IMG/VR virus record: IMGVR_UViG_3300009194_000008
Span: 1 to 64,000 of that record
Direction: 5' to 3' (one strand)
From: a virus
Length of the DNA stretch: 64,000 nt
Of the stretch, positions 28,436-38,909 are shown one piece after another (positions within the stretch are counted from its first letter, which is position 1; each line of letters starts with the position of its first letter). Made by a program: the position numbers and the translations under genes. The notes beneath the pieces are model-generated. The model was given only the letters and a program-made list of their open reading frames with translations. It ran no database searches and was not told the origin of the DNA.

Positions 28436-28473
28436 TCCTACCGACCCGTAACGAGAACGAAAGGACACCTATC

Positions 28474-30627
28474 ATGAGTTACCAGGCCAACAACCAACAG
28501 CTTCCGGTCCGCTACGACCAACCGGACCAGAGGACGTTCAATCCTTCGTTGCCGCACAACAACGAAGTGACCCCGCCGGTGAATCCCCCGCCGGGGCTGG
28601 ATCCGCAGGTGATGACCCAAGTGGCAGCGATGTTCCGCACCCGGTGCCAGAACAGTTCGCAGAAGACCCCGCTTCACACGTTCACCTATAACCTGCTCAG
28701 TCACAACTTCTTCCAGAATGAGCGCTACACCCACTGGGTCCAGTACACCATGGACTTCACGGCGTTTCTCATGCAGGCCCGGGGTTACCAGCCTCAACAG
28801 GCAGTGGAGAAGGCCGTTGACCTGATCTATACCGGGATGCTGGCGATGATTGCCGCAGAGTACCCGGCGATCGTCGGTCTGATTGACCAAGGCATCCATC
28901 AAGACCTGATGGGGGCCGCCCAGGCGCTGGAGACCATCAAGAACGACCTCAATGCGTTTCACCAGCAGCGGGGTCAGGGGGGAATGCCGCCACAGCAGGG
29001 CGGTTATCAGCAAACGATGCCTGGCTATCATCAGCAGGCACCTAGCCCGACCATGTCCTACGGGCAGTCGTCGCAGCGTCAGCTCCCGCCGGTGGGTGCT
29101 GGTGGCGGCTACCCGCAACAGGGAGGTGGTATCGGGAACACGGCACCCACACCGTATCAGTTGGGAGGTTCGGCCCCGGGTGGTTATAACCCCCCGCCGC
29201 AAACCGGTGGCGTAACGGCCGGTGCACCGGCGGGTGGACGTTTTGCAGATGCACCAGCGACACCGTCACAGCCGATGCCGCAAACCCCGGCCGATAGCTG
29301 GACGGCTGGTCAACCTGTGAACCGTAGCATGGCGAACATCCAACCGCCTAACCTCGGTGGTGGCCCTCAGGTGCCGCCCCCGCAACCGGAGGCACCCTCC
29401 ATGATGTCGAATCAACCCGCACCGCATTCGGTCGATGAGATCGACCTTATCGCCCATGCCGCCGCAAATAGCTCTGAGCGGCCGTATGACGAGATTCACA
29501 TCCCAGGCGGGGTCGTGGCACGCCCAGCCCACCTTTCGGGCTGGAAACGCACTCGTAGCGACGCTAAGCCCTATGCGATCGCCTACGATCCCCAAAAGTA
29601 CATCCTCTTCCATGTGAAATGGCCCGATGGCGTGGTGGAAGAGAAACTGGTGGAGTATCAGTCAGTGAAAAACATGGATTACCTCCAGCACGAGATCAAC
29701 GCCCGTCTGCGGGGGGAGAAGATCAAGCCGGAAGGCAAGGTCATCCCCACCCACCACAAGGTGATCGATTTCGACGAACCCCTCAAGCCGGTGGAGGAAG
29801 TGAAGGAATCCCTGGACAAGGGGTTGATCGACAAGGATGCGCTGCGTCCGGTGGTCCTGGAAGGAATGTTCACGGCGTCGTCGGATCTGGAGAACGAGGA
29901 AACCGCCCTCCAGCAGGTGGCCGAGCAGTTGGGGCTGTCCAGTGAGGAACTGACCCATGTTCCGGCACACGAATACACCAGTGCCAACATGCATCCGCTG
30001 AACCTCCCCGAAGAAGGTCAGGAACGGCTGAAGATGCTGGCCACCACGGACTCGCTGGTGGGTCTGGCCACGGGCCTGGTCGAGGCAGTAAACGATGGGT
30101 TGATGTCCCAGCGTTACTTCCGGTTCTTCGATGAGCGCCTGACGCGGATGATCAACTGCGCACTGGCCGATAACATGGGCCTGGATCAACTCAAGATCGA
30201 CAGCTTCGTCGAGGACATCGAAGGATTGTTCCCGTATCTGGCCAACCACCACGGTCCGGAACTGGTGGAAGTTCTGAAGTCTCGGACCAAGGGCCTGTTG
30301 ATGCAGTGGATGTCGCTGCAGTACGAGGAAACCGAGGACGAGGGTGCAGGGGGTACGCTCTTCCTGGCGGACGAGTATGTCAACCTGCAACTGCCCTGGA
30401 CCAGTGACGAAATGGCGTCACTGAACCTGACCGACGAACCGGTGCTGCTGCAATCGTCTACCCATCCCAAGATCACTCGGGTGGTGAACGAGATGCTCAA
30501 GCGCCACGACCGTAACGGCACCCTGCTGGGACGGTTCTTCCGACTGATTACCGCTGACGGGATCTACCTCACGGTCCTGCGGGGATGGTTGGTTGAACAA
30601 TCCGTCCTGCTCAAGCGTGTCAACTAA
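28474..30627 (+). CDS. conserved phiKZ-type protein with central Q/P/G-rich low-complexity region
   Basis: 717-aa ORF; AAGGA RBS. Confidence 0.75.
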   Translation: MSYQANNQQLPVRYDQPDQRTFNPSLPHNNEVTPPVNPPPGLDPQVMTQVAAMFRTRCQNSSQKTPLHTFTYNLLSHNFFQNERYTHWVQYTMDFTAFLMQARGYQPQQAVEKAVDLIYTGMLAMIAAEYPAIVGLIDQGIHQDLMGAAQALETIKNDLNAFHQQRGQGGMPPQQGGYQQTMPGYHQQAPSPTMSYGQSSQRQLPPVGAGGGYPQQGGGIGNTAPTPYQLGGSAPGGYNPPPQTGGVTAGAPAGGRFADAPATPSQPMPQTPADSWTAGQPVNRSMANIQPPNLGGGPQVPPPQPEAPSMMSNQPAPHSVDEIDLIAHAAANSSERPYDEIHIPGGVVARPAHLSGWKRTRSDAKPYAIAYDPQKYILFHVKWPDGVVEEKLVEYQSVKNMDYLQHEINARLRGEKIKPEGKVIPTHHKVIDFDEPLKPVEEVKESLDKGLIDKDALRPVVLEGMFTASSDLENEETALQQVAEQLGLSSEELTHVPAHEYTSANMHPLNLPEEGQERLKMLATTDSLVGLATGLVEAVNDGLMSQRYFRFFDERLTRMINCALADNMGLDQLKIDSFVEDIEGLFPYLANHHGPELVEVLKSRTKGLLMQWMSLQYEETEDEGAGGTLFLADEYVNLQLPWTSDEMASLNLTDEPVLLQSSTHPKITRVVNEMLKRHDRNGTLLGRFFRLITADGIYLTVLRGWLVEQSVLLKRVN

Positions 30628-30796
30628 CGTCCTTTCGGGGATGTGACCGGCCTGGCATGTCCCCGATGTTGGCCGGGAGTCTCTGAAAGGAGCATTGCGG
30701 CACACAGCCCTCCCCGGTTGGGGAGGGCTTTTTATATCGTCTATCTTAAATTACCCATCTGTACCATTAACCCTTTTTTCAAACAGGAATCCCACC

Positions 30797-31351
30797 ATGC
30801 CCGCATCCAAGAGCACCGCCTCAGTCTATATGGCTACCCGTCCCACGATGCACACCATGACCGCTGAAGAAGCCCACCGCCTGGACCTCCACATCCATAA
30901 CGAGACAGTACAAGAGCGCAATCGGGTGGGCATCAACTACACGATCCGTGACATCCTCGAACGTCTCCCCAACTTGGAAAAAGAATACGAGCTGATCCAC
31001 TCCAAGGAGAATAAGGAGAGCGATTGTCCCGTCCTTGGGTTCGTGACGCTGGATGGACTAGTTAACCCCCAGCGCATTCCGATTAAATACCGGTTACCTC
31101 TGGGGGAAGACCTTGACCTTCAACGGACACAGTTTAAATGGCGGGAAGATGGCTCGGGGGTGTTGATCATCCACACGGGCCATAACGTGATCAAGTTGAT
31201 CGACCCGCCAGTGGATCACACGGGTTTGACGTTTGTCGACCTCAGTTTGGGTCCCTACTCACCCGATACATCAATGATGACGATCGCAACACTCGCCGTC
31301 AAGGATTCTCAGGATAACGAATACAAGATCAATATACCCAGTAGTCAGTAG
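30797..31351 (+). CDS. hypothetical protein
   Basis: CAGGA RBS before MPASK (track start 30695 spans a terminator hairpin). Confidence 0.65.
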   Translation: MPASKSTASVYMATRPTMHTMTAEEAHRLDLHIHNETVQERNRVGINYTIRDILERLPNLEKEYELIHSKENKESDCPVLGFVTLDGLVNPQRIPIKYRLPLGEDLDLQRTQFKWREDGSGVLIIHTGHNVIKLIDPPVDHTGLTFVDLSLGPYSPDTSMMTIATLAVKDSQDNEYKINIPSSQ

Positions 31352-31359
31352 GGGTGGAC

Positions 31360-31398
31360 GACATAAAGTCGGGGTCCTGTGGGGACCCCGTTTATGCC
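31360..31398. terminator. bidirectional terminator GACATAAA-hairpin-TTTATGCC
   Basis: Between convergent genes; CGGGGTCC/GGACCCCG. Confidence 0.8.
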
Positions 31399-31413
31399 CG
31401 ACCTTCTTTTTTT

Positions 31414-31887
31414 TTATTCTTGGGTGATACTCAGTTCACCCACCCAACGCAGTGAACGCGGATGGGCTTTCATGGCGTACGCTTCGCCAGGCGGAATCAT
31501 TTCATGAATCACATCGTCCTTATCAAACACCACCCCGGTCCGTTGGGTCAGGTATTTGGTTAGTTCAATGGTAGATGTCATGGCTTGTTCCGCCGGAATG
31601 ATAACGGGTCCTCCGAAGAAGCGGTTCAGATCCAACCGCCGGTAGATGACGGTCATCTGTCGGGTAGGAGGCAGTAGGTTATAGAGGATGGTGCTGGGCC
31701 TTAATGCCAGCGTGATTTCCATGCGGTCGTCGTCCATGGGGTCAAGGGCCACCAAGGACGTCATATTAGGATCGATCGTCATGTGATAGCGACGATTGAT
31801 CAGTTCAATGATGGCCTCCCACGGAGGGAGGCGCAACAAGTCACGAGTTAAACTCACGAGAGTATCCTCTAGGTAAGATCCGGCCAA
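31414..31887 (-). CDS. virion structural protein (phiKZ gp127-like; YRRLD family)
   Basis: YRRLDL and SLRWVG motifs shared with 46837-47385. Confidence 0.6.
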   Translation of the reverse strand: MAGSYLEDTLVSLTRDLLRLPPWEAIIELINRRYHMTIDPNMTSLVALDPMDDDRMEITLALRPSTILYNLLPPTRQMTVIYRRLDLNRFFGGPVIIPAEQAMTSTIELTKYLTQRTGVVFDKDDVIHEMIPPGEAYAMKAHPRSLRWVGELSITQE

Positions 31888-34040
31888 TCGCTGTCAGGGT
31901 CGGGGTATTGATAATGGCCAAGATCATTCGTGTCCGGGTCGGTATCATGGATAGTCACCGACATGCTCCGAACACCGATGTTCGCTACATTGAGTCGTGC
32001 CGTCCCCAACGTCCGGGGGCGTTGACGAATCCCCACCGTGGGGTTGTAACGAAGCCCATGATTGGCGTGCATGTCCACACTGAACGGCGGCTCTGCCAGA
32101 ACATCATGAATATCGAGTGTCTCTTCATGTTGGTTCCGTGAGGAAAGCACCGTGACATGTGGATGCGGAACCCGGAACTCAGAAGCTTCCTCATTACTGA
32201 TATCCCCTAACCGAATCGTGGGGGTACCAATATACCAGAAATCCTCTTCGTTGATGGTCCGCAGGTATTGGACACTGTACGAGCTAAGCTGGCGCATTAA
32301 CCCCAGCATCGACTTTTGTAGTTCTGACAAGGTCTTGCGATTGATCAGATCCTCACCGGTCGCGGCCTTGACGCAATCCACATATAACTGCTCCATGTCA
32401 AAGGTGGAAAGATCGGCAACCCCATACCCTTTCTCTTTGAACCATTGCTCGAACGAGATGACCTCGTCTACCAGGTTACACTTGATGTGCATGAAATGCC
32501 GACGAACTAACTGTTCGGCCATGACACGGTTCATGTAGTGTTCCTGGAACGAGTAGAGTTCCCAGAGTTTCAGGTATTCCTGGTGGAGGTTGGCACAGTC
32601 GTTATAGAACTTCTCGGTGGTGATGTAGCTGGACAGCGGGCTGATACGGTCGCGAATCGCCTCAATCAGTCCGTTGGGGACGTAACGTCGGTCGATAATC
32701 GATTCAAGCTCGTTGTGGGACGGCAGAGGGTCCCTCAGGACGTCGTAAGCGATGACCCTGGGGATGGTATCGAATTCGATGCCGCGCGCCTTGTTGAAGG
32801 CCCACAGGCCCACAATGAAGGCATCCCTTACTGTCATCGACATATACTGACCGGTACCCGGGTTAGGAACGTTGATAAAGGCGTTATAGCGGTTATGGGT
32901 GGACAGATACAACCACTCGTAGAGCAGTATGCTTCCCAAGGACCGGATAGAGGAATTACTGCGATCCACCACTTCCGATTCCAGTACCTTGGTGGGAAGA
33001 CTACTGAAGCGTTGACTTTGGGTGCGTTCGGTGATCTCCAACTCGGCACTGTTCTGTACCACCGCGTTTTCGCGTGCAACACTCCGCTCACGGTTAAGTA
33101 TCGTATGGACCGAAGCGGTATCGCGGCCACTCTGGTTATAGCCGAAATTGATGGGGTATTTCGCTAACTCCACATCCGGGTAGATGTTGTCCGGTAATGC
33201 CTCGACGTTGTGTTGCAGTTTGTACCAGGCCAGCGGTAGCCCGCGGGCGGTCATGATGTTATCGACCAGTTTGTCGAAGACTTCCTGTTTCCCCACATTG
33301 CGGTTGAGATGACGGATATTGCGGTACAGGTACAGCTGCTGGCGTTTGTTCAGATGACTCATGTACCCGTCCAGACGACCATTGGACGACAGATATTCCC
33401 GCACATGGAAACTGTGGGCGTAGGGGGTCTTGGCGTTGCGTAACCGAATCAACTGCACCACATAGGGGAGGTTAGCATACAGGATACCCAGAAACGCCGG
33501 AATGTACAGGTCGTCCGCCAAGCCATATTGCACATTGTACCAACGACTAAAATACGCATAGAGCCACTGCTGTAACCGGTTGATGACGTTGGTTTCGTTA
33601 GGCTCCAGGAACGTCGGATCGTAATACAAAAGCGTTCCATCATCTGCATCCACTGCAGTTTGTTTATCGATGGGGGACAAGATCCCGTTGATCAAAGGTA
33701 CTTGAGTCGGGTAACGGCGTGTCAGGTCGGTGTAGTAACGGGTACCGAATTGATACTCCCGATACGTAGCCCGATGTAGGCGCAGGTTCTCTTTGGTGAA
33801 CGCGATCTCTTCCAGGGTATCCATGGACCTGACGGTCATGGGTTCGTCAGTGAGATGGTATTCACCGGCCAGGTTTTTGTAGTATTTCCAGCTGTGTGGG
33901 TCGTCAGGGTTCACCGGAACCCCAACGGCTTTGAGTTCGTTATTCAGTGTCTCAGCGCTGCCCGCACACTTCACCACCAGGGTGCGCACAAAGTCTAAGA
34001 CCTCATCGCGATATAGCCGATAGTAGGTATTATTGCTCAT
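31869..34040 (-). CDS. virion structural/baseplate protein (phiKZ gp128-like)
   Basis: WKYYKNLAGEYH, AHSFHVREYL and QLSSYSVQYL segments; divergent from the portal gene. Confidence 0.7.
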   Translation of the reverse strand: MSNNTYYRLYRDEVLDFVRTLVVKCAGSAETLNNELKAVGVPVNPDDPHSWKYYKNLAGEYHLTDEPMTVRSMDTLEEIAFTKENLRLHRATYREYQFGTRYYTDLTRRYPTQVPLINGILSPIDKQTAVDADDGTLLYYDPTFLEPNETNVINRLQQWLYAYFSRWYNVQYGLADDLYIPAFLGILYANLPYVVQLIRLRNAKTPYAHSFHVREYLSSNGRLDGYMSHLNKRQQLYLYRNIRHLNRNVGKQEVFDKLVDNIMTARGLPLAWYKLQHNVEALPDNIYPDVELAKYPINFGYNQSGRDTASVHTILNRERSVARENAVVQNSAELEITERTQSQRFSSLPTKVLESEVVDRSNSSIRSLGSILLYEWLYLSTHNRYNAFINVPNPGTGQYMSMTVRDAFIVGLWAFNKARGIEFDTIPRVIAYDVLRDPLPSHNELESIIDRRYVPNGLIEAIRDRISPLSSYITTEKFYNDCANLHQEYLKLWELYSFQEHYMNRVMAEQLVRRHFMHIKCNLVDEVISFEQWFKEKGYGVADLSTFDMEQLYVDCVKAATGEDLINRKTLSELQKSMLGLMRQLSSYSVQYLRTINEEDFWYIGTPTIRLGDISNEEASEFRVPHPHVTVLSSRNQHEETLDIHDVLAEPPFSVDMHANHGLRYNPTVGIRQRPRTLGTARLNVANIGVRSMSVTIHDTDPDTNDLGHYQYPDPDSDWPDLT

Positions 34041-34091
34041 GGGGTCCCTATTGATTGAATCAAAATGTCATGTGAAAAGGAGTGACCGAGT

Positions 34092-36764
34092 ATGGCATCC
34101 CGTAGTCAACCCCGTTTTCCGAAGTTGGCGTACAGCCGTAATGCTTCGGACGACGTCAAGTCCGTAATGAGTAAGTTGGTTCGGGATCCCGAACAACCGA
34201 AACAGTCCGCTAAGGGGTCGCATCAAGACATAGCGGTATCGCGTGATATGTTCGAGAAGCTCTCGAAGGCGACCGCGCAAGATGCTATCGATGCCGATTC
34301 GGTTTTCCAGTTACTTCCCGATGTGGAACTGGCCGAACAGATCCTGGTGGGGAGTATCCTGTCACCCAAGGACATGACCAACGTCGAGTTGGGCATTACA
34401 GTGGCAGAGGGCTTATTCGACAGTGAAGTCGCCCGCCCGCTGCTGACGATATTGGAGGAGTACTTTAAGCACGACTATAAGATTGACGACCGGCTGGACG
34501 GGATGCTGGAGGAGATCCTGTTCAAGAAGGGGGCCCATATCCTGGCCGTGCTCCCCGAGAACAACCTGGACCAAATCATCAATGGTCGGGAGCGTCTCTC
34601 CACGGAACGGTATCATCAAGCCGTGAGTCGGATTCAGCAGTCCTTACCGTTGGGGTTTCTGGGTCATCCCCGAGAGGAACGGGTGGCCATGGAGTCCTTC
34701 CGGCGTCGGGAATCAGCACAGGGCATCCAAGGGTATGTCACGGGACGTCGTAACAAACAGTACGAAATCAAGATCCCCCATGTGGCTGTCACGGATAACT
34801 TCGATCTGTTAAAGACCCCGGAGATCCACAAGCGGGGACGTCAGTCTGCCCTGGGGAGTCTGTTAGGGCGTCACAACGTGTCAATGGAAGCCGCAGCCAA
34901 GGGCATGACCCCCGAGCAGATCGATGCGTTGTATGATCGTCCTAAACAGCAGGCGCAAACCACCCACACGGTGATCCCTCAGGGATACATGGATCGTCCC
35001 TCCGTCGGCCATCCGATGGTCATGAAACTGCCCATCGAGTCAGTGATTCCGGTCCACGTACCGGGACAGCCAGAAGAACACATTGGCTACTTCGTGATGA
35101 TCGACCAGAACGGTCGTCCGGTGGTGCGTGATGAGAACCGGGATTACTACGGAGAACTGCGGACCAGCTTTAGCTCCAATACCCAGGACAACACCTCGGA
35201 ACTGGTGCGTCAGACCAAGGAAGCCATGGGCGGTGTCCAACCTGATAACAGCCAGGATATCGACCAGATCCATCAGGCGTATGCGGCGATCATCGAGAAC
35301 GATCTGATCAACCGACTACGTAACGGTATCTACCAGGAAGAGTTTGAGGTAGGCACCAGCGATGAGATCTATCGGATCATGCTGCATCGCTCCCTCAAGG
35401 CCCAACAGACGCAACTGTTGTATATCCCGGCCGAGTTGATGACCTACATCGCCTTCGACTATAACGACCGGGGGATTGGTCAGACGTTGTTGACCCAGTC
35501 CAAGATCCTGTCGTCGATGCGCAGTGTGTTGTTGTTTGCTGAGACCATGTCTGGGGTGCGTAATGCCGTGGGACGTAAGCGGGCCAATATCAACGTCGAT
35601 CCGGATGACCCTGATCCGCAGAAGACCATCAGTGATATCCAGGCGGCTGTTCTGGAATCTGCTCACCGCGGGTTCCCGTTGGGGTCTCCTGACCCGGGTC
35701 AGACCCTGGACTACCTGAACCGGGCCGGGTTTGATTTCTCGATCAACGTGGAGTCGGATAACTACCCCACCACCAAGGTGGAGTTTGACGATTACAACAC
35801 CCAGCAGCAGGCGGGTAACCCGGAACTGCAAGACCGGCTACGTCGCATGCATATCTCAGGGATGGGGATTAACCCGGAGTTGGTTGACCCGAGCCAGTCC
35901 CCGGAGTTTGCCACCAGTGTGGTCAACAACAACTTGATCATGACCCGTCGTGTGATGCGTTATCAGAAACGCTTTACCCGTCAACTGACCAAGTTCATTC
36001 AGACGTTCACGACCCACTCGTCCACACTGAAGGCAAAACTGCTGGAGGAGGTCAAAAGCAACCACAGGAAGCTGAACAAGGAGCATAAGAAACTCTCGCA
36101 TGAAGAAGTGGTTGACGAGTTTATTGCCTCCCTGTCGGCCTCTCTCCCGGCACCAGACACCACCCGCATCGATCAGCAGCTCCAGGCGTTTGAGCAATAC
36201 ACCAACCTACTGGATCGGTCGCTGGAATCCTACATCACCGCTGATCTGTTCCCGTCGGAGATGCTCCAGCGCGAACCTGATGTGGTAAACCACGTCATTT
36301 CGGTGGTGCGGGCGTACTACCAGCGGTTGTGGCTGGAACGCAACAATGTCCTGCCGGAACTGGACCAACTGACCCAGATGGATGGTAAGAAGTCCGGCTT
36401 TAACCTGCTGGATATTCAGGAGGGTCAGTTCAATAGTCTGGGTGAGGCCATCCAGTCCTATCTGGAGGGTATCAACAAGACCAAGGAGAAGTGGTCCGAG
36501 AAGTATCAGGAACAGATGGACGAAGAAGACGGGGCTGGTGGGTTTGGTGATACCACCGAAACCGACGATTTTGGTGGGTCCACGGATGACTTCTCAACAG
36601 ACGACACCGGTGGTGATCTGAACGAGGAAGAAGACTTCGGAGAAGAGGAAACGGAGGAGGAGGTGGAAGAAGAAACCCCCGAATCCGAAGAAGAAACGGA
36701 AGAGGAGGAATCCGAAGAGGAAGAAGGCGAAGGTGAAAAGGACGACGCGTCCAAAAAGAAATAA
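34092..36764 (+). CDS. portal protein (phiKZ gp129-like) with acidic C-terminal tail
   Basis: LLPDVELAEQILVGSILSPKDM, ESVIPVHVPG..HIGYFV and LYIPAELMTY segments; synteny. Confidence 0.75.
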   Translation: MASRSQPRFPKLAYSRNASDDVKSVMSKLVRDPEQPKQSAKGSHQDIAVSRDMFEKLSKATAQDAIDADSVFQLLPDVELAEQILVGSILSPKDMTNVELGITVAEGLFDSEVARPLLTILEEYFKHDYKIDDRLDGMLEEILFKKGAHILAVLPENNLDQIINGRERLSTERYHQAVSRIQQSLPLGFLGHPREERVAMESFRRRESAQGIQGYVTGRRNKQYEIKIPHVAVTDNFDLLKTPEIHKRGRQSALGSLLGRHNVSMEAAAKGMTPEQIDALYDRPKQQAQTTHTVIPQGYMDRPSVGHPMVMKLPIESVIPVHVPGQPEEHIGYFVMIDQNGRPVVRDENRDYYGELRTSFSSNTQDNTSELVRQTKEAMGGVQPDNSQDIDQIHQAYAAIIENDLINRLRNGIYQEEFEVGTSDEIYRIMLHRSLKAQQTQLLYIPAELMTYIAFDYNDRGIGQTLLTQSKILSSMRSVLLFAETMSGVRNAVGRKRANINVDPDDPDPQKTISDIQAAVLESAHRGFPLGSPDPGQTLDYLNRAGFDFSINVESDNYPTTKVEFDDYNTQQQAGNPELQDRLRRMHISGMGINPELVDPSQSPEFATSVVNNNLIMTRRVMRYQKRFTRQLTKFIQTFTTHSSTLKAKLLEEVKSNHRKLNKEHKKLSHEEVVDEFIASLSASLPAPDTTRIDQQLQAFEQYTNLLDRSLESYITADLFPSEMLQREPDVVNHVISVVRAYYQRLWLERNNVLPELDQLTQMDGKKSGFNLLDIQEGQFNSLGEAIQSYLEGINKTKEKWSEKYQEQMDEEDGAGGFGDTTETDDFGGSTDDFSTDDTGGDLNEEEDFGEEETEEEVEEETPESEEETEEEESEEEEGEGEKDDASKKK

Positions 36765-36769
36765 GCGAT

Positions 36770-36810
36770 GACATACACCACCGGACTTGAGGGTCCGGTG
36801 GTGTTATGCC
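36770..36810. terminator. bidirectional terminator GACATA-hairpin-TTATGCC
   Basis: ACACCACCGGAC-TTGAGG-GTCCGGTGGTGT between convergent genes. Confidence 0.82.
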
Positions 36811-36811
36811 G

Positions 36812-38080
36812 TTAACTGCTGGGTGTCAGACCGGGGATCTCTTCAAAGGCGATCGTGGGATCCAGATAAAGAATATGATCGGCCATGCGGTGGATCTCGT
36901 TATCAGGATCACTGGGATCGGGAACCACCGACCCTGGGGCGTAACCGCGTTGTAACTCACCGCGGGTGGCATTGGCTTTTAGCTTGTCCTTCAATGCTCG
37001 AACTTCAGCCCGGGTCGACAGTCGGTCATAGCCTTCCAACATACACGCCAACACGCCGACCACATATGGCGTCGAGTAGCTGGTCCCGCTACCAATGGAT
37101 GCATAGTAACCGCCATCCTCGGGACGCATCGCCACCACGACATCCTGTCCAGGGGAGACCACGTCAATGGGTGACCCAAAGCTAGTGCCCCAACCATCAA
37201 AGGTGTAATAGGGTCGGTCACGAACATTAAGACCACCACAGATAATCGCATCGGGATCGCCCTCGGCTGGAAACATCTGCACCTGATCCAGATCGAGGAT
37301 ACTGTTACCCGCAGGGAAACAACACGGCAAGCCGACATCAATGCAATCCGTGATCGCGGCATTGATAGTGCTGCCAAACCCACCCCAGGAACAGAACAAC
37401 ACACCGGGTCGATTACTGGCAGCGTTTTGTTCGTAGTCGTCCTTGATGGCCCCCATGGCGGTAATAAAGGCGACCGAACTTACCCCCTCACCCGAGCCAT
37501 GGAATTTGTAGGAGTACATCTGGACTTCGCGGGCAACCCCGAAGGTTCGACCCCCGACTGCCGAGAGACATGCTGTGCCATGACCCGTCCCATCCAGCGG
37601 TGTGTCGAGTACCCCGTCATACATCCAGGGTTGTTGAGCCCGACCCTCAAACTGATCATGGCTCACATAGCACCCAGAATCGATCATGAAGACGTCGACG
37701 CCAACCCCGGTACGTAGGCAGGGGAACGTCGCTTCGGCCGCTGTGGTGTGGTTAGGGGCCCGCCACGGCGACTTACGACGGATAATACGAGCAGGTGCCC
37801 AGCCCCCGTGTTCGATGGTGTTGTAACCCCCCGCCATTTGTTCGGTCATCGGGGTGGCTTGCGGTTGATTGGCTTCGGGATGCAGGGGCGTATCTCCCGA
37901 CTCAATGGTTTCGATCCCCACATAGTCCCGCAATGGAAAAGCGTCAGGGGTCATATCTGCGAACACAAAGAACCGGGGGAGTCCTTTGATTCGAGATGCC
38001 ACCAAACCCTGCTCGTCCAGTAGCGTTTCAAATTCAGTAACCAGGTCACGTGATTTCAGCACTACAATGGTTTCACTCAT
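36812..38080 (-). CDS. subtilisin-family (S8, proteinase K-like) serine protease
   Basis: Catalytic motifs IDSG (Asp), GHGT (His), PAGN (oxyanion Asn) and SGTSYSTPYV (Ser). Confidence 0.9.
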   Translation of the reverse strand: MSETIVVLKSRDLVTEFETLLDEQGLVASRIKGLPRFFVFADMTPDAFPLRDYVGIETIESGDTPLHPEANQPQATPMTEQMAGGYNTIEHGGWAPARIIRRKSPWRAPNHTTAAEATFPCLRTGVGVDVFMIDSGCYVSHDQFEGRAQQPWMYDGVLDTPLDGTGHGTACLSAVGGRTFGVAREVQMYSYKFHGSGEGVSSVAFITAMGAIKDDYEQNAASNRPGVLFCSWGGFGSTINAAITDCIDVGLPCCFPAGNSILDLDQVQMFPAEGDPDAIICGGLNVRDRPYYTFDGWGTSFGSPIDVVSPGQDVVVAMRPEDGGYYASIGSGTSYSTPYVVGVLACMLEGYDRLSTRAEVRALKDKLKANATRGELQRGYAPGSVVPDPSDPDNEIHRMADHILYLDPTIAFEEIPGLTPSS

Positions 38081-38679
38081 ACGGCGACATACTCCACCAC
38101 TTCAATGGCCATATAGCTGTACGGGGAGGCAAGAATATCGTTCACTACGGTACTACCGCTGACATTGACACGCAGTTCGATCACATCCCCATATTCAACG
38201 GCGATTGGAGGACCCGCCAAGGAGTGTAGGTTACTGGACCAACCATCAGTGCTCTGACGAACGTTACTGACCGGACAACCATGAAACTCGGCATTATTCT
38301 TACGGAAACTGATATGGGCACTATGCGTATCCGTACTCGCAGTCAAACTCAGGCCAGCATACAGACGCACCTTAGTAACCCCTTGGGGAATGACCAGTTG
38401 GGTCGGTAAGCTTAAGGTAAAAAAGCCATCGGTGTCATACTCGGCAGCGTCCCACTCCACTACGTAGGGGAAGTCCACGTTTGACTTGATAGCATTTAGT
38501 CGTAGCATTGCCCCACGGAACGGCGTCTCGATGGTTTCGGCATTGACCAGTCCCGCCAAGGCGGTGGCGATTTTCCCAATCGTGGTTCGACGACTGTTGC
38601 CGTTTTTGACGAGGTAGATTTCTTCAGCGCCGGTAATAGGACCGACGAGATCTAAGCCATCCAAAGATGAATCGGGCAT
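38077..38679 (-). CDS. fibre/adhesin protein with C1q/BclA-like beta-sandwich
   Basis: FRGAMLR...EWDAAEYDTDGFF...LVIPQG pattern; located in the fibre cluster. Confidence 0.55.
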   Translation of the reverse strand: MPDSSLDGLDLVGPITGAEEIYLVKNGNSRRTTIGKIATALAGLVNAETIETPFRGAMLRLNAIKSNVDFPYVVEWDAAEYDTDGFFTLSLPTQLVIPQGVTKVRLYAGLSLTASTDTHSAHISFRKNNAEFHGCPVSNVRQSTDGWSSNLHSLAGPPIAVEYGDVIELRVNVSGSTVVNDILASPYSYMAIEVVEYVAV

Positions 38680-38690
38680 AATTACGTTCC

Positions 38691-38909
38691 TTAAATCAGC
38701 AGTGCGTCGTTACCGGTCTGCTGGGCATCGCCCGAGAGCAGTAGACGACTTTGGTTGTCAGGGTGGAGTTCATCGAAGTTGGATAACAACATGGCACCCT
38801 GAGGTGTCAGGTTATAGGTAGGTGCTTCCCAAACCACATTACCGTTCAGGGTCATCCGGACGGCAGTTTTGCCGTTTAAGGTAACACGTTCAATATCGTT
38901 TAGGTTCAT
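38691..38909 (-). CDS. small tail-fibre-associated protein
   Basis: LNG..LNG..VW motif; ATGA-coupled to the upstream gene. Confidence 0.55.
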   Translation of the reverse strand: MNLNDIERVTLNGKTAVRMTLNGNVVWEAPTYNLTPQGAMLLSNFDELHPDNQSRLLLSGDAQQTGNDALLI

